Shown here: one piece after another, positions 39,325 to 52,325 of the stretch | Layout: each line of letters starts with the position of its first letter | Numbering within the stretch: position 1 is the stretch's first letter | Assembly (NCBI GenBank): GCA_028023455.1 | Contig: JAQFVV010000006.1 | Coordinates: 5,766,001 to 5,830,000 of the forward strand | Reading direction: 5' to 3' | Length of the DNA stretch: 64,000 bases | DNA from: Epiperipatus broadwayi | Taxonomy: Eukaryota > Animalia > Onychophora | Notes under the pieces: generated by a model | Databases searched by the model: none | Told to the model about the DNA's origin: nothing | Seen by the model: only the letters and a program-made list of their open reading frames with translations | Made by a program: the position numbers and the translations under genes

Positions 39325-39420
39325 ATAACTGAAGAAGCCAGTAGCAGAAACCGGTTTGGGATTGGGGATATTCTGCAAAGCTTGTTAAGAGCTTATTTGC
39401 AAGCTCTATATATAACACAT
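39325..39420 (+). mobile_element. Family E fragment with HHR core
   Basis: CUGAAGA AGC CAGUA GCA GAAA CCGG UU UGGG at 39329-39360. Confidence 0.6.
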
Positions 39421-40495
39421 ATTGTATATATATATATATATATGTTAAAAATATTTGAACTATACATGCGTGTTAAAAACTTATAATATATGGAGTTCAT
39501 TATAATCTATAAATTTTTGTATTTGCAAATGTTGGAAACCAATTAATGTGGGTAAAGGGAGGGAGATGGGAATTGTCTATTACTGTCATTTATAATTCAC
39601 AAGAATAATCTCTTAAGTATATTAAATTGAATTTTATTTTTAATATAGATATACTATATATAAATGTTAAAAACATCTTTACTATATATTGGATACAAAT
39701 CTACTGCACACACATTTACACTATGCATATTTATGTTAAAGCCTATAGAGTTCATTACAATGAATGAATTTTGGTATTTGCAAATGCTTATAACCAAATA
39801 ATGTGAATGTGGAGGGGGACAACTGTATAATAATTATTTATAATTGTTATTTACAATTTACAAATTAGTTTCTTCAAAGCACTTCAGTGCTATAACTCTT
39901 CAATAGGTAAGAATAAAAAATATGCATATAAATAAAACATTATAAAATTGACACTAAAGGATAATCAAATTAACATTTCTTTGTGTTTAAAATATCTAGA
40001 ACACAGAATATAACAAAAAGGGTAACAGTTATTGTTGTGATATAAAAGTGAAAAACAAGTATATTGCAGAAAAAATACACAACCATGGTATTGAAGGCAC
40101 CAACGTAACTCAGTTGTATATTAATTGTGGCTAATGGCACAAGTTTAAATCGTTTTTTTTCCTGAAATACATAAGGCACAAAACTATGAGGTAATAATTT
40201 CAATTTACCTGAGAAGTTTCGAAAAAATACAAATTTGTGTAAGGTAAAGAAATAATTAAAATATAAATTGTTGGCAAGATACTTCCAAGGTACACTTCCA
40301 ATTATGTGCCTGGCTTGATAAATGTAAATATATATAATATAAATCATAGGATAATATACGTTGAAATATGAAAATAATCTTTTTTTTTAATTTAATGCAA
40401 AAAAAAAAAAAGATTAAAAAACATGATTAATTTTAATTTAACTTAATATATAAATAACCATAATGACAATTGTAAAAAAAAAAAAATGAAGGTTT

Positions 40496-40586
40496 TTACT
40501 TTTTTTTTCATATGTCAAATGCGTTGACCGGGAAGCGAACCCTGCTGCTTGGAAGGCAGCTATGCCAACCACTAGGCCAGCAACGC
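40496..40586 (-). mobile_element. tRNA-Gly(TCC)-derived SINE or pseudogene
   Basis: gcgttgctggcctagtggttggcatagctgccttccaagcagcagggttcgcttcccggtcaacgca lacks the variable loop; followed by tttgacatatg and poly(A). Confidence 0.8.
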
Positions 40587-42844
40587 TTGACTATTTTAAA
40601 TTTTGTAAGCTTGTAAGCCTCAAATTATATTTTTATTAAGCTATTTTTTAAAAACCCATCTTTATAAGTGAGTATTTTAATTCTTGTGTGTAGTACTTAT
40701 AATTCTTGTGTGTAGTACTTACATTATTTTATCAAATTATTTTTAAAAAAGTATCTAATTCGTAAAGGGCCTATATTGTAAATAAATGAAGGAAAAAATG
40801 CTTTACAAACTGTTGATATCTTTTTTAATATAATAAAACTTAGGTAATATATATATATAAACAAACATATCACATCTTGGCAGTGACAAGCTTTCAAATA
40901 TATTCCCTAGATGGCAGTAAATAACAAAACTAACCACATTGTGATTTAACATATCAAATGTTACCAAGAACATAAATTATATAAATTGTCACTTTTAAGT
41001 CTCAGAAATGATTTTGTTCATGGAAATTAGCTATTTTAAAATACATATCCATGTATGAATGAGTGTATATGCTTATATATACAATTACGTATGCATACAT
41101 GCAGAAGACATAAAATCATACAGTTAATTATAGTTCAACTATAACAGAAATTAATTAGTTTAAAAACAATTATAATAACAAAAAAAGGCACTGTAAAAAA
41201 AATCTAAACACATCATTATCAATATATCTAATATTTTTAACAAAATAATACTTCAAAATTTTAACACCTATACATAATTTTGTTTGTTTGTAAAATACCA
41301 GTAGTAGTATTTAATAAATATAATTTATGAACTAAATTATAATTGAACAATACTACAAAACTTTTTTTAAAAAAAAATCAATTTTATAAAATAAATAGTC
41401 CATTAAAAAAAAATCGTATATATAATTTTAATATTTAGCTCTATAAAAGAAAGTATATTTCTTTTATAAATGTAACAGATGAAACAAAAATAAAATACAG
41501 TTTGAAACATGTGGTCAAATTCTTGTTTCATTTAAATTATAATACATTTTAAATATTGTTTTATATGGTTATAAAAAATGGAGTTAATATTGCATTTATT
41601 AGCAAAAATGTAAAAAAAAAAAAAAGGCAAATTTTTTTTTTAAAAAACAGTGTCATTTATGAGAATATAATTAAAAAATATTAAAATTTCTTTACAATTC
41701 TGTTGTTATTATTTCATACTGTGTAAAGATGAGAAATGTTACTAAGTTACTTCCAAATCTTGTTATGATCTTTAGTAAAAAAAAAAATCTTACGAAAATA
41801 ATATACGATAAACTCTAAAATTGAAATAATACGGCTGTTTTACTAAGAAAACATTAAATGCATGTTAACTTATCATAATGTTTCACATTATTTGAATTAT
41901 TTTGATAGTGCATTGGTGTGTAGACTGAGGTACCACAGAGTGCCAAGTTTATAGTTGCTTGGTCCTTAATAATACTGTGATTATAAAAACACAACTCAGC
42001 ATTTCATTTTTGGACTGATTTATTAAACTGATCTTATTAAACAGCTTTTTCATTATTATTTATAAAAAGTAATAATATTTTTAATATTTCACTAGGACAA
42101 TATTATATGCTTCATTGTTGGAAAGATTCCAAAAAGTAATGAAACTTTCGATCAAAAAATAAGAAAATGGTTGATTATAATGAATAATCTCAAACATAAT
42201 GAATAATCTCAAACAACTCGCCTATTCTTTATAAAAATCATTATGAATGAGTGTATATAAGTCCACCTATCAGCTCATTATTTAACTAAAATAGATGATG
42301 ATATATAATACAATGCTCATAATCCAGCATTTTACTATTATATAATATCTTATATTTTGGTTAAATAATGAATTAATAAATAGTGCTTAAGTGTTCTCAT
42401 ACATAGTACACTTATCTTAAATTTTTCAATATTTTCATAGATGGCACTGCTAACTGTAATTTTAAAAAAAAATTAAAAGAATAAAAATTCATAAAAAATC
42501 TCAATATATTAGACGGACTGGACATATCAACATGTGGTTTGTTTAATTTGAAATTCTTACTCATATTTCTTTTCTTCTTTTTAAAGAAGATTACAAAATG
42601 TTCACCAATAATTGTATAATATAAATAATACACTATTTATAAGTTATCACATAACTTCCAATATGAAAGTTTTTCAGGAATAAGAAAAATCCACAACTGG
42701 TCAATTAAAAGCGGAAAGGGTGTGTGGCTAAATCAACAAGAGGGGGGGAAAACAATAAAATCTTTTAACACCCCTGTAATTGAGATATAAAAAAAAATCA
42801 CATGTAGATTTAAAAATCCAGAGATGTTACAAGAAATTTTAATT

Positions 42845-43095
42845 TCATAAAAGAACAAACCATAATACTAGAAGTATTTCAGTTAATACTAGAATGTATG
42901 TGGCTGGAAGACGAATTTCTCCGGAGCTTTTAACATCGTCATTAATCAATTCTCTTCCTAATTTTCCATCAGCAACACTGTTTTTAGGACAACCCATCCA
43001 GAATTGAGCAGAGTACATTGGGTAAGATTTTTCAATCATCATTCGTTGATCATTAAATTTCCAAAACTTCTTTCCTTTGAAGAAATAGGTATGAC
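42845..43095 (-). CDS. Mmp2: Mmp2-like terminal exon: last hemopexin repeat plus hydrophobic GPI-type tail
   Basis: cttag|GT CAT; GHTYFFKGKKFWKFND...FWMGC then a spacer and YILVLTEILLVLWFVLL-stop. Confidence 0.9.
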
Positions 43096-43534
43096 CTAAG
43101 AATGAAACAGAAATCATATTACATATATGTATTTATATGAAGACAACCAACAGAAAATTATAATTATATTTTATACACATTAGTATGTTTGGTATGTAAA
43201 TGGTATTCGACTTAATTCTAGTAAAAAAAAAAAAAAATTCTAAATGAACACGCGCGCGCACATACACACGCAAATATGACTGTGCCAGTTTCATTTCTTT
43301 AATTAAAAATGCTTCATTTCTTTATAATATGAAATACATTTAATAATAAAGGATTAATTTCAGATTATCTTCTTAATAAAATTGTATATTGGACAATTAG
43401 TATAATTAATTATTACTAATTAACTGAAAATTGTATTCCAATGAATATCAAACTTATAACAGAGGTGATGTGATGTGATGTGATGTATTATGGCTTCTCC
43501 TTAAACGAAGTCAAGAATATCTCAGCAATTATGC

Positions 43535-44293
43535 CCAGATAAAACTCTCCATACCCTAGAGCCACCTAGTGCAAGTCAGAGTAATCAATGGATGCAAGAA
43601 GGTTTTTGCATGAAATCCCTATCTAATGCCTACTCGTCCAATATTCCCAAATTAGTTTATAGCTTGTGGATTTCATCAGTGATGAGCCATGTATCTGAGA
43701 ATCCTTCATCTACATTTTGGAATATAATGCAACCCTCTAGCAGTCACCTTTAACCTTTTAAGTTGACTATAAAACTATGAATCCAAAATAAAAACACAAT
43801 AATGTTTTCAATCCAAGTTCATTCACTTTTATAGTCATATAGATTTGAAATAAATTCAGTATCTACACATTTTATCTTTAATCATAGTCATCATCATTCT
43901 ATTTTGCAGGATTGGTATTAAACCACAAAACATCACATGATCATCATTCCCTATGCTTACACAAGCTGTTATAACAGAGACAAAACTCTCCATATAGTAG
44001 TGCCACCCAGTTAACTTAAAAGGTAAATGGTGGCTTCTAGAGGGTTGCATTAGATCCTAAGATCTAGGTGCAGTGCTCTCAGATCCAAGGCTTCTCACTG
44101 ATGAAGGCCACAAGCTAGAAACTAGTCTGTGGATATTCAATGAGCAGGCACTAGATAGGGGATTTTATGCAAAACCTTTTTGCATTCATTGATTATGCAG
44201 GATAGGAATGGAAGGCACTACTATATGAAAAGGTTTGCCTCTGTTATAACAGTTTGTGTAAGCATAGGGAATAGTGATCATGTGATGTTTAGT
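43535..44293. mobile_element. Family A cluster: a - copy plus a + copy with inverted terminal segments
   Basis: HHR on + at 44091-44133 (core intact); dead HHR on - at about 43645-43688; catcacatgatc / gatcatgtgatg ends. Confidence 0.75.
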
Positions 44294-45959
44294 GAATTTT
44301 GAATTGAGAATTAATCACAAAATTTGATTTTTAATCAAAATTATTTTTCAACATAATGTTTTATAAATTATCTTCCTCTTCAAAGAAAGTCAAAAATTCA
44401 TGTGCATAGAGGCTATATGTTCAGAAATCCAGTAAGCTAAATTAAACTTTCCTTCCCTTCAAAACTATTATACACTTTAATAAATTAATCTACCTCTTAA
44501 ACTTAATACCCAATTATTTTTTTACCTCTGATGCAGGGCATTTTTTCTTTTTTTTATCCTATTCCATCTTAATAAAAACAGTTTCAATAGTTCCACTATA
44601 AAATAAACTTTATACATTTACACGATCTTTATTTTCAAATTTATCTCACTTTCTATATAATTTGTCCTGATCCTCTTTTTGACATCGTACACTCCAAAAA
44701 TAAATATTCAAAACTCTTTTATTTTGACATACATTATTCTTACAGTTTAAACCCTTATTCCAATTTTATCTTATTTCATAATTATCTAAAGTTGCTACCC
44801 AGGTGTCAAGTAAAAATAAGTTCCCTATACTGTTACCAAAAACGTAATCATATTTCCATAATTTTATTTTTATACAATTTTTCCAATTAATTTTCGTAAT
44901 ATTCATATTCGTTTTCCATAACACTACTTCTTTCTCGTGAATAAATTATCTACCCACTTTTCCCAATCCATATAATTAACTATCTATCTTATTGCATTTA
45001 ACAAGATGTGATGTGATTTTTCTATGTTGTAGATTGCTTTCTCTATATTGTAGTGACATCTAGCAGATATTTTTTAAATTAATAAAAATTTTCCTTTATT
45101 TAAATATTAAACAGGTACGAGTTTTTTTTATTCTATAAGCAAGTATTGAAAATCACTTTATTAAATTAGTTATCCACATAACCCACTTATATATAACAAT
45201 CTTTATTTTAAAGATATTGCTTTCTTATATTGCAGAACTAATACGCGATTTTTTAAGAGAACAATCAAAAAACATTGTAATAACCATTTCTCGGAATGAA
45301 AGATCATTTGTAAAGTAATAAGTAATCAAATAGTTAGCAAGCTCAGTCATGTGACATTCGAGCATTATATGACCTTTGAACATAATAAAATGATAGCTTA
45401 AATTTAGGTTCAGGAACCTATAGCTTTTGAATATATTATTCTACTGTAACATTACTTCGCAGAAAGATTTGCAAAATTATATAAATACGTAAGAAAAGTT
45501 ATGTGTCAAAGGATGTTATTTGATAGATTTTGGAAAATCTGGACTTCGTATGTTTACTAGCTGCTCTGCTCCAACACAAATTAGAATGGTTAGATATCAC
45601 GATGTCAACTCTTGGTTGTGTATCAATTCACTATGGATTAACACTCCATAACACAAATAATGGAGTATTTTAATATATAGCACTAGATTATAAATTTCAA
45701 TGCACCTTGAAATAAATGGTGACCTGACAATCAAAATAACTTTAGAAGCTTATATATCCATGATGTAATAATTATCAAGCAAGATATGTGACCACTTTTA
45801 AATAAGATGTGGGCATATACATAAATAGCTTCCAAACCAGATGGCAATTAAAATCTGAAGAGAATATAATAGAGTGCCTCAAATAGTTGCTTCATATTCA
45901 ACTATGATCCAAATTCCCAGTTATTATCATAGGCATAGAAACTCAAATTCTTCTATAAT

Positions 45960-46440
45960 TATAATTTCACATTGGAGTATTTCCATCACCAAATTAATTG
46001 TTAAATGATATGGAAAAATGCCAACTTTATTTAAACGATTCAACAGCTAGTAATCATGCATAGAATAGTATCTAAAGCAATGTTTTGAATGTCATTTCCT
46101 CCTCTCTTCTTCAGGTGCTAACTAGCCTAACCAGTGGCACTACTAGAAAAGGAATTGAACTTAGAATCCTAGCCTGACCAGTCACAATACTCACAAGAGA
46201 ACTGAATCTGGAACTCTGGACTGATCAGTGACAGTACTAGCAAGGGAATTAAACCTGGAACCCTGGCCTGACCAATGACAGTTTTGGAAAGGCAATCAAA
46301 TCTGGGACCTTTAACTTCACACATTTTGTGTTCAATACTAATCTGTAAAAAATTAAATAAAGTTTAAATTTTTCTAAAAACATTTAACAATTAATATGAG
46401 GTGGGGAAATAATACAACATATAATTACAATTATAATACC
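45960..46440. mobile_element. Family C derivative with four 47-bp B-box modules
   Basis: Family C terminal sequences; dead HHR on - at about 46080-46117; tandem units at 46122-46310. Confidence 0.6.
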
Positions 46441-47177
46441 ATCACTACAAATTTTCCAGCAAATTTATCCAACGTTATTTTTCTATGATCATTTTTCTTA
46501 ATAACATCCAAAGATGGCTATTGAACACTGCATAGGTATTATGTACAACAGAGAATAAAGGAGAAAAAAAATATTTATCAATATAGAGAGATTTATTTTC
46601 TAATAATAAGACTACAATCTTCATATATTGGAAAAAATAAGCGCAACATTAAGCTGCCCTTAATGACCACACTTTCTATAGCCTATTAAGAGTTGGGGAG
46701 TCATAAAAAACAAATGATCCAATGGTTAGAGGATCTGCCAGACATGCTTATGATTTGAGGTTCAAATCTGTTTGAAGTAACCAATGATTCCCAACTAGGT
46801 TTAGAAGTTTTTGTTCAAGTATTTTTAGGCAACTCAGCTAGATATTATGATATTAATAGAAATGCAACTCTAAATTACTATCATATATAAAATCCATTTT
46901 TTCTCTGTTGTCTAATTGGTGAATGAATGTTTGTCCAATGATATCACAACCACTACATTTCTGCAAAGGAAGTAATTCTGTTATTAAATAAAAAATGCTG
47001 GGAGAAAAATTAGTATGAATGCTCTTAACTGCAGAAATATAATACATATTTCACAATAAAGGTTCCCAGCCAGCTGCAAAAACAGCCCTTAAATGCCAAT
47101 TCATAATTCACCATTAAGATGCTCCATGTTATCATGGTCTGTCAAACCCCTAATATAGTTCAGATGAACTATATTCG

Positions 47178-49973
47178 TGTAATGTCTTTACCCCTAAGTT
47201 TTTCAGAGGGGTAGGAAAGAACATACAATCTGATAAATAACATAAACGAGGACAAGAATTATAACTAAAATTCTGGAACTCAGCTGAAACAATTCTTAAA
47301 ACAGTTGTGCCAGAAATAGCTCTAACAGCTTGATACGTATCCAACTTCTTCTGTTAAACAAAACTGTAACAAGTACGTGATGTTTTTCCTCTCACCGTTT
47401 TTATATTCCTCTGAGTTCTTTTGTTTAAGTCTTATCTGCTATATCACTCCGAAATCTTAATCCGCATGTTTTCCAACTCCGTTATGATTGTTCTTAACTT
47501 TAATTAGTTATTTTTATCTTTGATAAAAATAATCCCCACAACTTGTTTTCAATTATAATTATTTCCATTATAATTAGTTATTTTTATTTTCAATTAAAAT
47601 AAATCCCCACAGCTTGTTTTCAATTATAATTATTTTCCATTATAATTATTTTTACTTTCAATTAAAATAAGCGAAAACTTCTGGAGTAAATTGTCTCTGG
47701 TAAAATCGCTATTTATTTATCAACAAGGAATACAACACTTCTTCCCCTCATTTCAGAAGTTAGAGTTTATTTATGTTACACATAATCATCTAATCTGCAC
47801 GGTTTCCTTTTATCCCGTACAGGTCTGGGTGGTTTCTCTTTTTCAGCTTGGAGAAACACTTGATTTTTCTGATTCATCGATATAACCTTGAAAATTGTGT
47901 AAACTCTTCTTTTTCCTTACCGACATGAGTGCCTTTTTCTCCCATTTAGAGAAACTCTGGGGTTTTTCCTGTTCCTCTTCGGTTTTTGTTTCTGGCAGCT
48001 CACTGTCTAAAGATTGCCGTTCTAAAAAATCTTCGAAAGTGTCAATTTCATTTTCACTTTTGGTCATCTTTTCTTGTAGTTTCATTTCATACTGCTGCCA
48101 ACTCTCTACCTGTTCAAATAATTCTGATCTTGCAAGTTTATTTTTTAAATCTTCATTCAGTCTTTCAAAACTCTGACAATCTGAAAGCTTGCTTTGTAAT
48201 TTTCCACTAAGCTCTAAATTTTGTTGTTCAAGTTCTTCTTTTATTTTATTTAATTCATAAACATCCAGTTTTAATTTGTGCACTTCTTTTGATAGTTCTT
48301 TAGTCGTCTTTTCATATTGCCAACTAGAGATGCTCGCATTGGTTACACTATGTTCTAATTCTGTTACTCGTTGTCTAGAAGCCTTCAATCTTCATTGAAA
48401 TTCCTCCAGTTCATTTTGTAAACTGGAATTATAACTTTTCAGTTCTTGTAACTGCAAGTTGAATTGTAGCTCAGATTGTGTCTTTCTCTCAAACATAGTA
48501 TCTAATTCTTGGTTACGTGATTCCAATTCTTGTAGTTTACTGACCTCTATTTTTCCTTGCGAAATGGTCCTATCTCTCACAGCCATGCTTTGCCCCTTAG
48601 TTGCTATACAGTTAATACTATAAGTTTTACCATTTGTATCTGGATGACATTTTGTTTGTCGTGGTTTTTTGCACACAGCTGCTAAATGCCTTTTAAATCC
48701 ACAGTTAAAACAGTTTTCTTTTCTCCATTTGCAATTCTTAGCTACATGGCCAGTTTTACCACAGCAGAAACATTTCACTGCTAACATTGTCTCTCTCTAT
48801 ATATTTTCATTCTTCGGCTGCTGTCTTTGACCGATTTTATAAACTGCTATTTTGCTGGTCTTTTCTGAGTTGTTTCTAAAGCTATGGCTAGCTCAATTAC
48901 TGCTTCATATGCTATTCCTTTTTTAATAGCCACTTCATATGATGTCACAGTCACAATCTTTCATCGTACATTCTCCACAATAATTAATCTAGGAAAACTT
49001 GTTCTAAAAATTCGCCATAATCACATTTTTTTGCCAAATGTTTTAATACTATATCATAGTCTTTAATTTTTTTCTCCCTGGCTTGTTTTCTATTTTTAAG
49101 AGTTAATCTAGCTACGTGTCTAGATGGCTTCAGGCTAAAATAGTCTGTTAATTTTTGAACTATATCTTCATACTGTACTTCCTCAGTTATCAGTCCGTCC
49201 CATGATTTATTAACAATTTCTATGACTTTACATCCTGATAAACATAAAAGTGCGGCCACTTTTTTTTTCATTATCTTTTATCCCATTTAACTTGAAAAAA
49301 TTTTCCAATTGCATAATATAGAGAGGCCATTCCTCTGCATTGTCAATACTAAATTCAGGAATATTGCTTTGTCCTAACAACATTTTACTGGTTCCAAATA
49401 GTATCGGTTGACTTTCTCATCTAACTTATTCTTTCAAGTTTCACTAGGTTCGAAAATTTTGACTGCACCAATTTTGTAATGTTTCGCCCCTAAGTTTTTC
49501 AGAGGGATAGAAAAGGACATACAATCCAATAGATAACATAAACGAAAACAAGAATTATAACTAAATATCTGGAACTCAGCTGAAACAATTCTTAAACAGT
49601 TGTGCCACAAATAGCTCTAACAGCTTGATACATATCCAACTTCTTCTGTTAAACAAAACTGTAACAAATGTGTGATGTTTTTCCTCTTGCAGTTTTTATA
49701 TCCCTCTCAGTTCTTTTGTTTTAGTCTTATCTGTTACATCACTCCGAATTCTTAATCTGCATGTTTTCCAACTCCGTTTTTGTTTTCAATTATAATTATT
49801 TTCATTATAATTAGTTATTTTTATTTTCAATTAAAATAAATCCCCACAGCTTGTTTTCAATTATAATTATTTTCCATTATAATTATTTTTACTTTCAACT
49901 AAAATAAGTGAAAACTTCTGGATAAATTGTCTCTTGTAAAATCGCTATTTATTTACCAACAACAAATACAACA
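47178..49973 (-). mobile_element. LTR retroelement encoding only Gag plus a coiled coil (decayed); LTRs 49475-49973 and 47178-47737
   Basis: LTRs TGTTGTA...ATTACA; PBS TGGTGCAGTCA (49460-49470); PPT AGGGGAAGAAG (47738-47748); no convincing TSD. Confidence 0.88.
47843..49330 (-). pseudogene. Gypsy-type gag with two CCHC knuckles continuing in frame into about 250 aa of coiled coil
   Basis: LKHLAKKCDYGEFLEQ gag motif; CFCCGKTGHVAKNC and CFNCGFKRHLAAVC; ORFs 48392-48787 and 47843-48388 are in the same frame, separated by one TGA. Confidence 0.8.
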
Positions 49974-50949
49974 ATACCTAATATGTAATTTAAAATATAA
50001 CAAACTTTTGTAGATTAGTAATGTTTAATAAAACACATATTTATACTAATTCTTTAAAAAAATTGTTAAAGTAACCAATTAAAAAATTATTACAAATATT
50101 ATATTTAATATAAAAAATATTACAAAAATCACTGCGATTTTTGTATTTCCAATATTAATAAATGTTAACTATTAATAAAGTAAAAAAATTATTGCCTGAA
50201 AAAAATTTTTTTTTATTCAGAGGAGATATCAGTAAATATATATTTGTGTTATCAAATATAACAAGTATATTTAAAAATGTAAATTTTAATATAGTTTTAT
50301 TAAAATTTGGAAATTGAAAGCTAGGAGTTTTTGCATTCTTCTGTAGCAATGGTCTTTCAGATCTGGGTACAATTCTCACATTTAAAACCTTTTGTCCTAA
50401 TTTATTTTAAATCTTAAAAAAAAAATTGTTAAAACAATCAATTAAAAAAAACCATAATAAAATTCACAACTCAGGCATTTAGAAGTCATCATCTACATAT
50501 TAAATTAGTACTGATAGAAAGAAAGGGGGGGTGATTCTTTGCAAGTAAATGACTGAAGTATGGCTGACTTGTGAATTTATGCACATTCAGTCCTACATAT
50601 TCAATAGGAGTTGCTTATTTTTGTGGTATTAAAAGTAATAAAACTAACATCTATCTATATATACACATTTTTTAATGATAAATGAAGAGGTTTCAAAATT
50701 TATAATTTATAGCATGAAAGACGTTGTTCTGCGATAGAATGCAGAATTTCATTTATTAAGTTTATTCATTTTAGAAACAGATTTATTCAATATACTGTCA
50801 CAAAATGATAAGTTGTAATGCTCCAAAATGTGTGGGGGGGGAAATTCAAATTTTCCAAATTTGCTAATCTTTGAAAGGTTCTTATTGACCAAAATTGTGC
50901 CAAGATTGAAGCACTATATAATGTTAAAGAAAATATTCTCACCTTCTTC

Positions 50950-51720
50950 TAATGATAACTGCTGAATTCAATTCCAAATATAATGCAACCACAGAGACAA
51001 TTTGGTTATTGTATCTAAACTGAATATGACTCCTCTCTCAGGTGTTTCTGTAATAATCAAGGCTACTACTCTTACTAACATGTTAACTGAATATCCATAA
51101 AATTTTACTACAATTCATACCATCTTTTGAGAGATGAAACCTGTCTCTATTTTCAGGTAGACCATTCATGTCAAAAATAGTACTACTTCATCAAACAACC
51201 TTTTGGCCCATTTAGCCTAACATTCTGATAAATGGTAACATTATAGGTCATTAGAACTCTATTTACAACATATATGTGGATCCATTATAGCAATAAAGGC
51301 TATTATTAGAAATAAATGGATAAACTCAGAGGTGACAGTATATTCTCCCACAAACCTATCATGTGGTTTAATAGACTATTCAATGCTGAATCATTATTGT
51401 AGCATTGGCATCCATTCATCCAATATTGACACTCTTCTTTTGCCAATTATCTTTGGGATACAAAATGCAGGACTTTATAATGATTATCTCATTTTCCTGT
51501 ATTTCATTTGTATCCTGCCTACTTAGTGTCCAATTCTCCCCATTATTATTGTTTCCATTAGGTAGTCATAAGTTTAAATAAGATAGTCGTTTTATCTCAG
51601 AAGTTCAAGCACCAAAGGTGAGAGGTGGAGATATGATCCACGAATTTATGCTCTAGAGTTCACCATTCATCAGTGCATTAAATCGTGAAGGATAGACCAG
51701 CTTCTATGGTAGATGACATA
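50950..51720 (-). pseudogene. Possible decayed LINE ORF1 (SGNH-esterase-like) remnant
   Basis: Higher-GC block; reverse peptide ..NRDRFHLSKDG resembles the DGxHL motif; no intact ORF. Confidence 0.2.
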
Positions 51721-51779
51721 TAAAATTTATAGAAGCACTACCTAATTCATGTAAATTATTGCTTTAAAAACCATTGAAA

Positions 51780-52325
51780 CACCACATGATCACCATTTCC
51801 TATGCTTACACAAGCTGTTAAAACAGTATCGAACTCTTCATACAGTAGTGCCACTCAGTGCAAGCTTTAGTAATCAATTGATGTGAGGTTTGTTCATAAA
51901 ATTCCTATCTTGTGCTCACCCATCCAATATCCCCAGACATTTTTTAGCTTGTGGCTATTATCAGTGAGGAGCCTTAGATCTCAGCACCACCCCTAGATCT
52001 GCCACCCTCTAGCTACCACCTTTTATATATTTAGTTACTTACAAAGCTATGAGATTATTGTTTTGCCATCTTGGCTCATAGCTTTATAGTTAACTAATTA
52101 GGTAAAAGATGGCTGCTTGGGGGGGTGCATTCAATCCTAAGATCTGAGTGCAGTGCTCACAGATCCACAGCCCCTCACTGATGAAAATCACCAGCTAGAA
52201 ACTAGTCTGGAGATATTAGATGAACAAGCACTAGATAGAAATATTAAGCACAAATCTTCTTGCATCCATTAGTTATTAAGGCTTGCACTAGATAGCACTA
52301 CTGTATGAAGGGTTTTCTACTGCTT
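51780..52325. mobile_element. Family A palindrome (two inverted partial monomers)
   Basis: Arms of about 270 bp; HHR on + at 52171-52213 with damaged stem II; HHR on - dead. Confidence 0.75.

Noticed and set aside
40520-40586. Functional tRNA-Gly gene
   Set aside because: Variable loop missing, acceptor mismatch, followed by a family tail and poly(A)
44400-45010. Decayed LINE fragment on -
   Set aside because: Composition is suggestive but no unambiguous motif could be read
47173-49978. TSD for the Gag-coiled-coil element
   Set aside because: Flanks attcg and atacc match at only 3 of 5 positions
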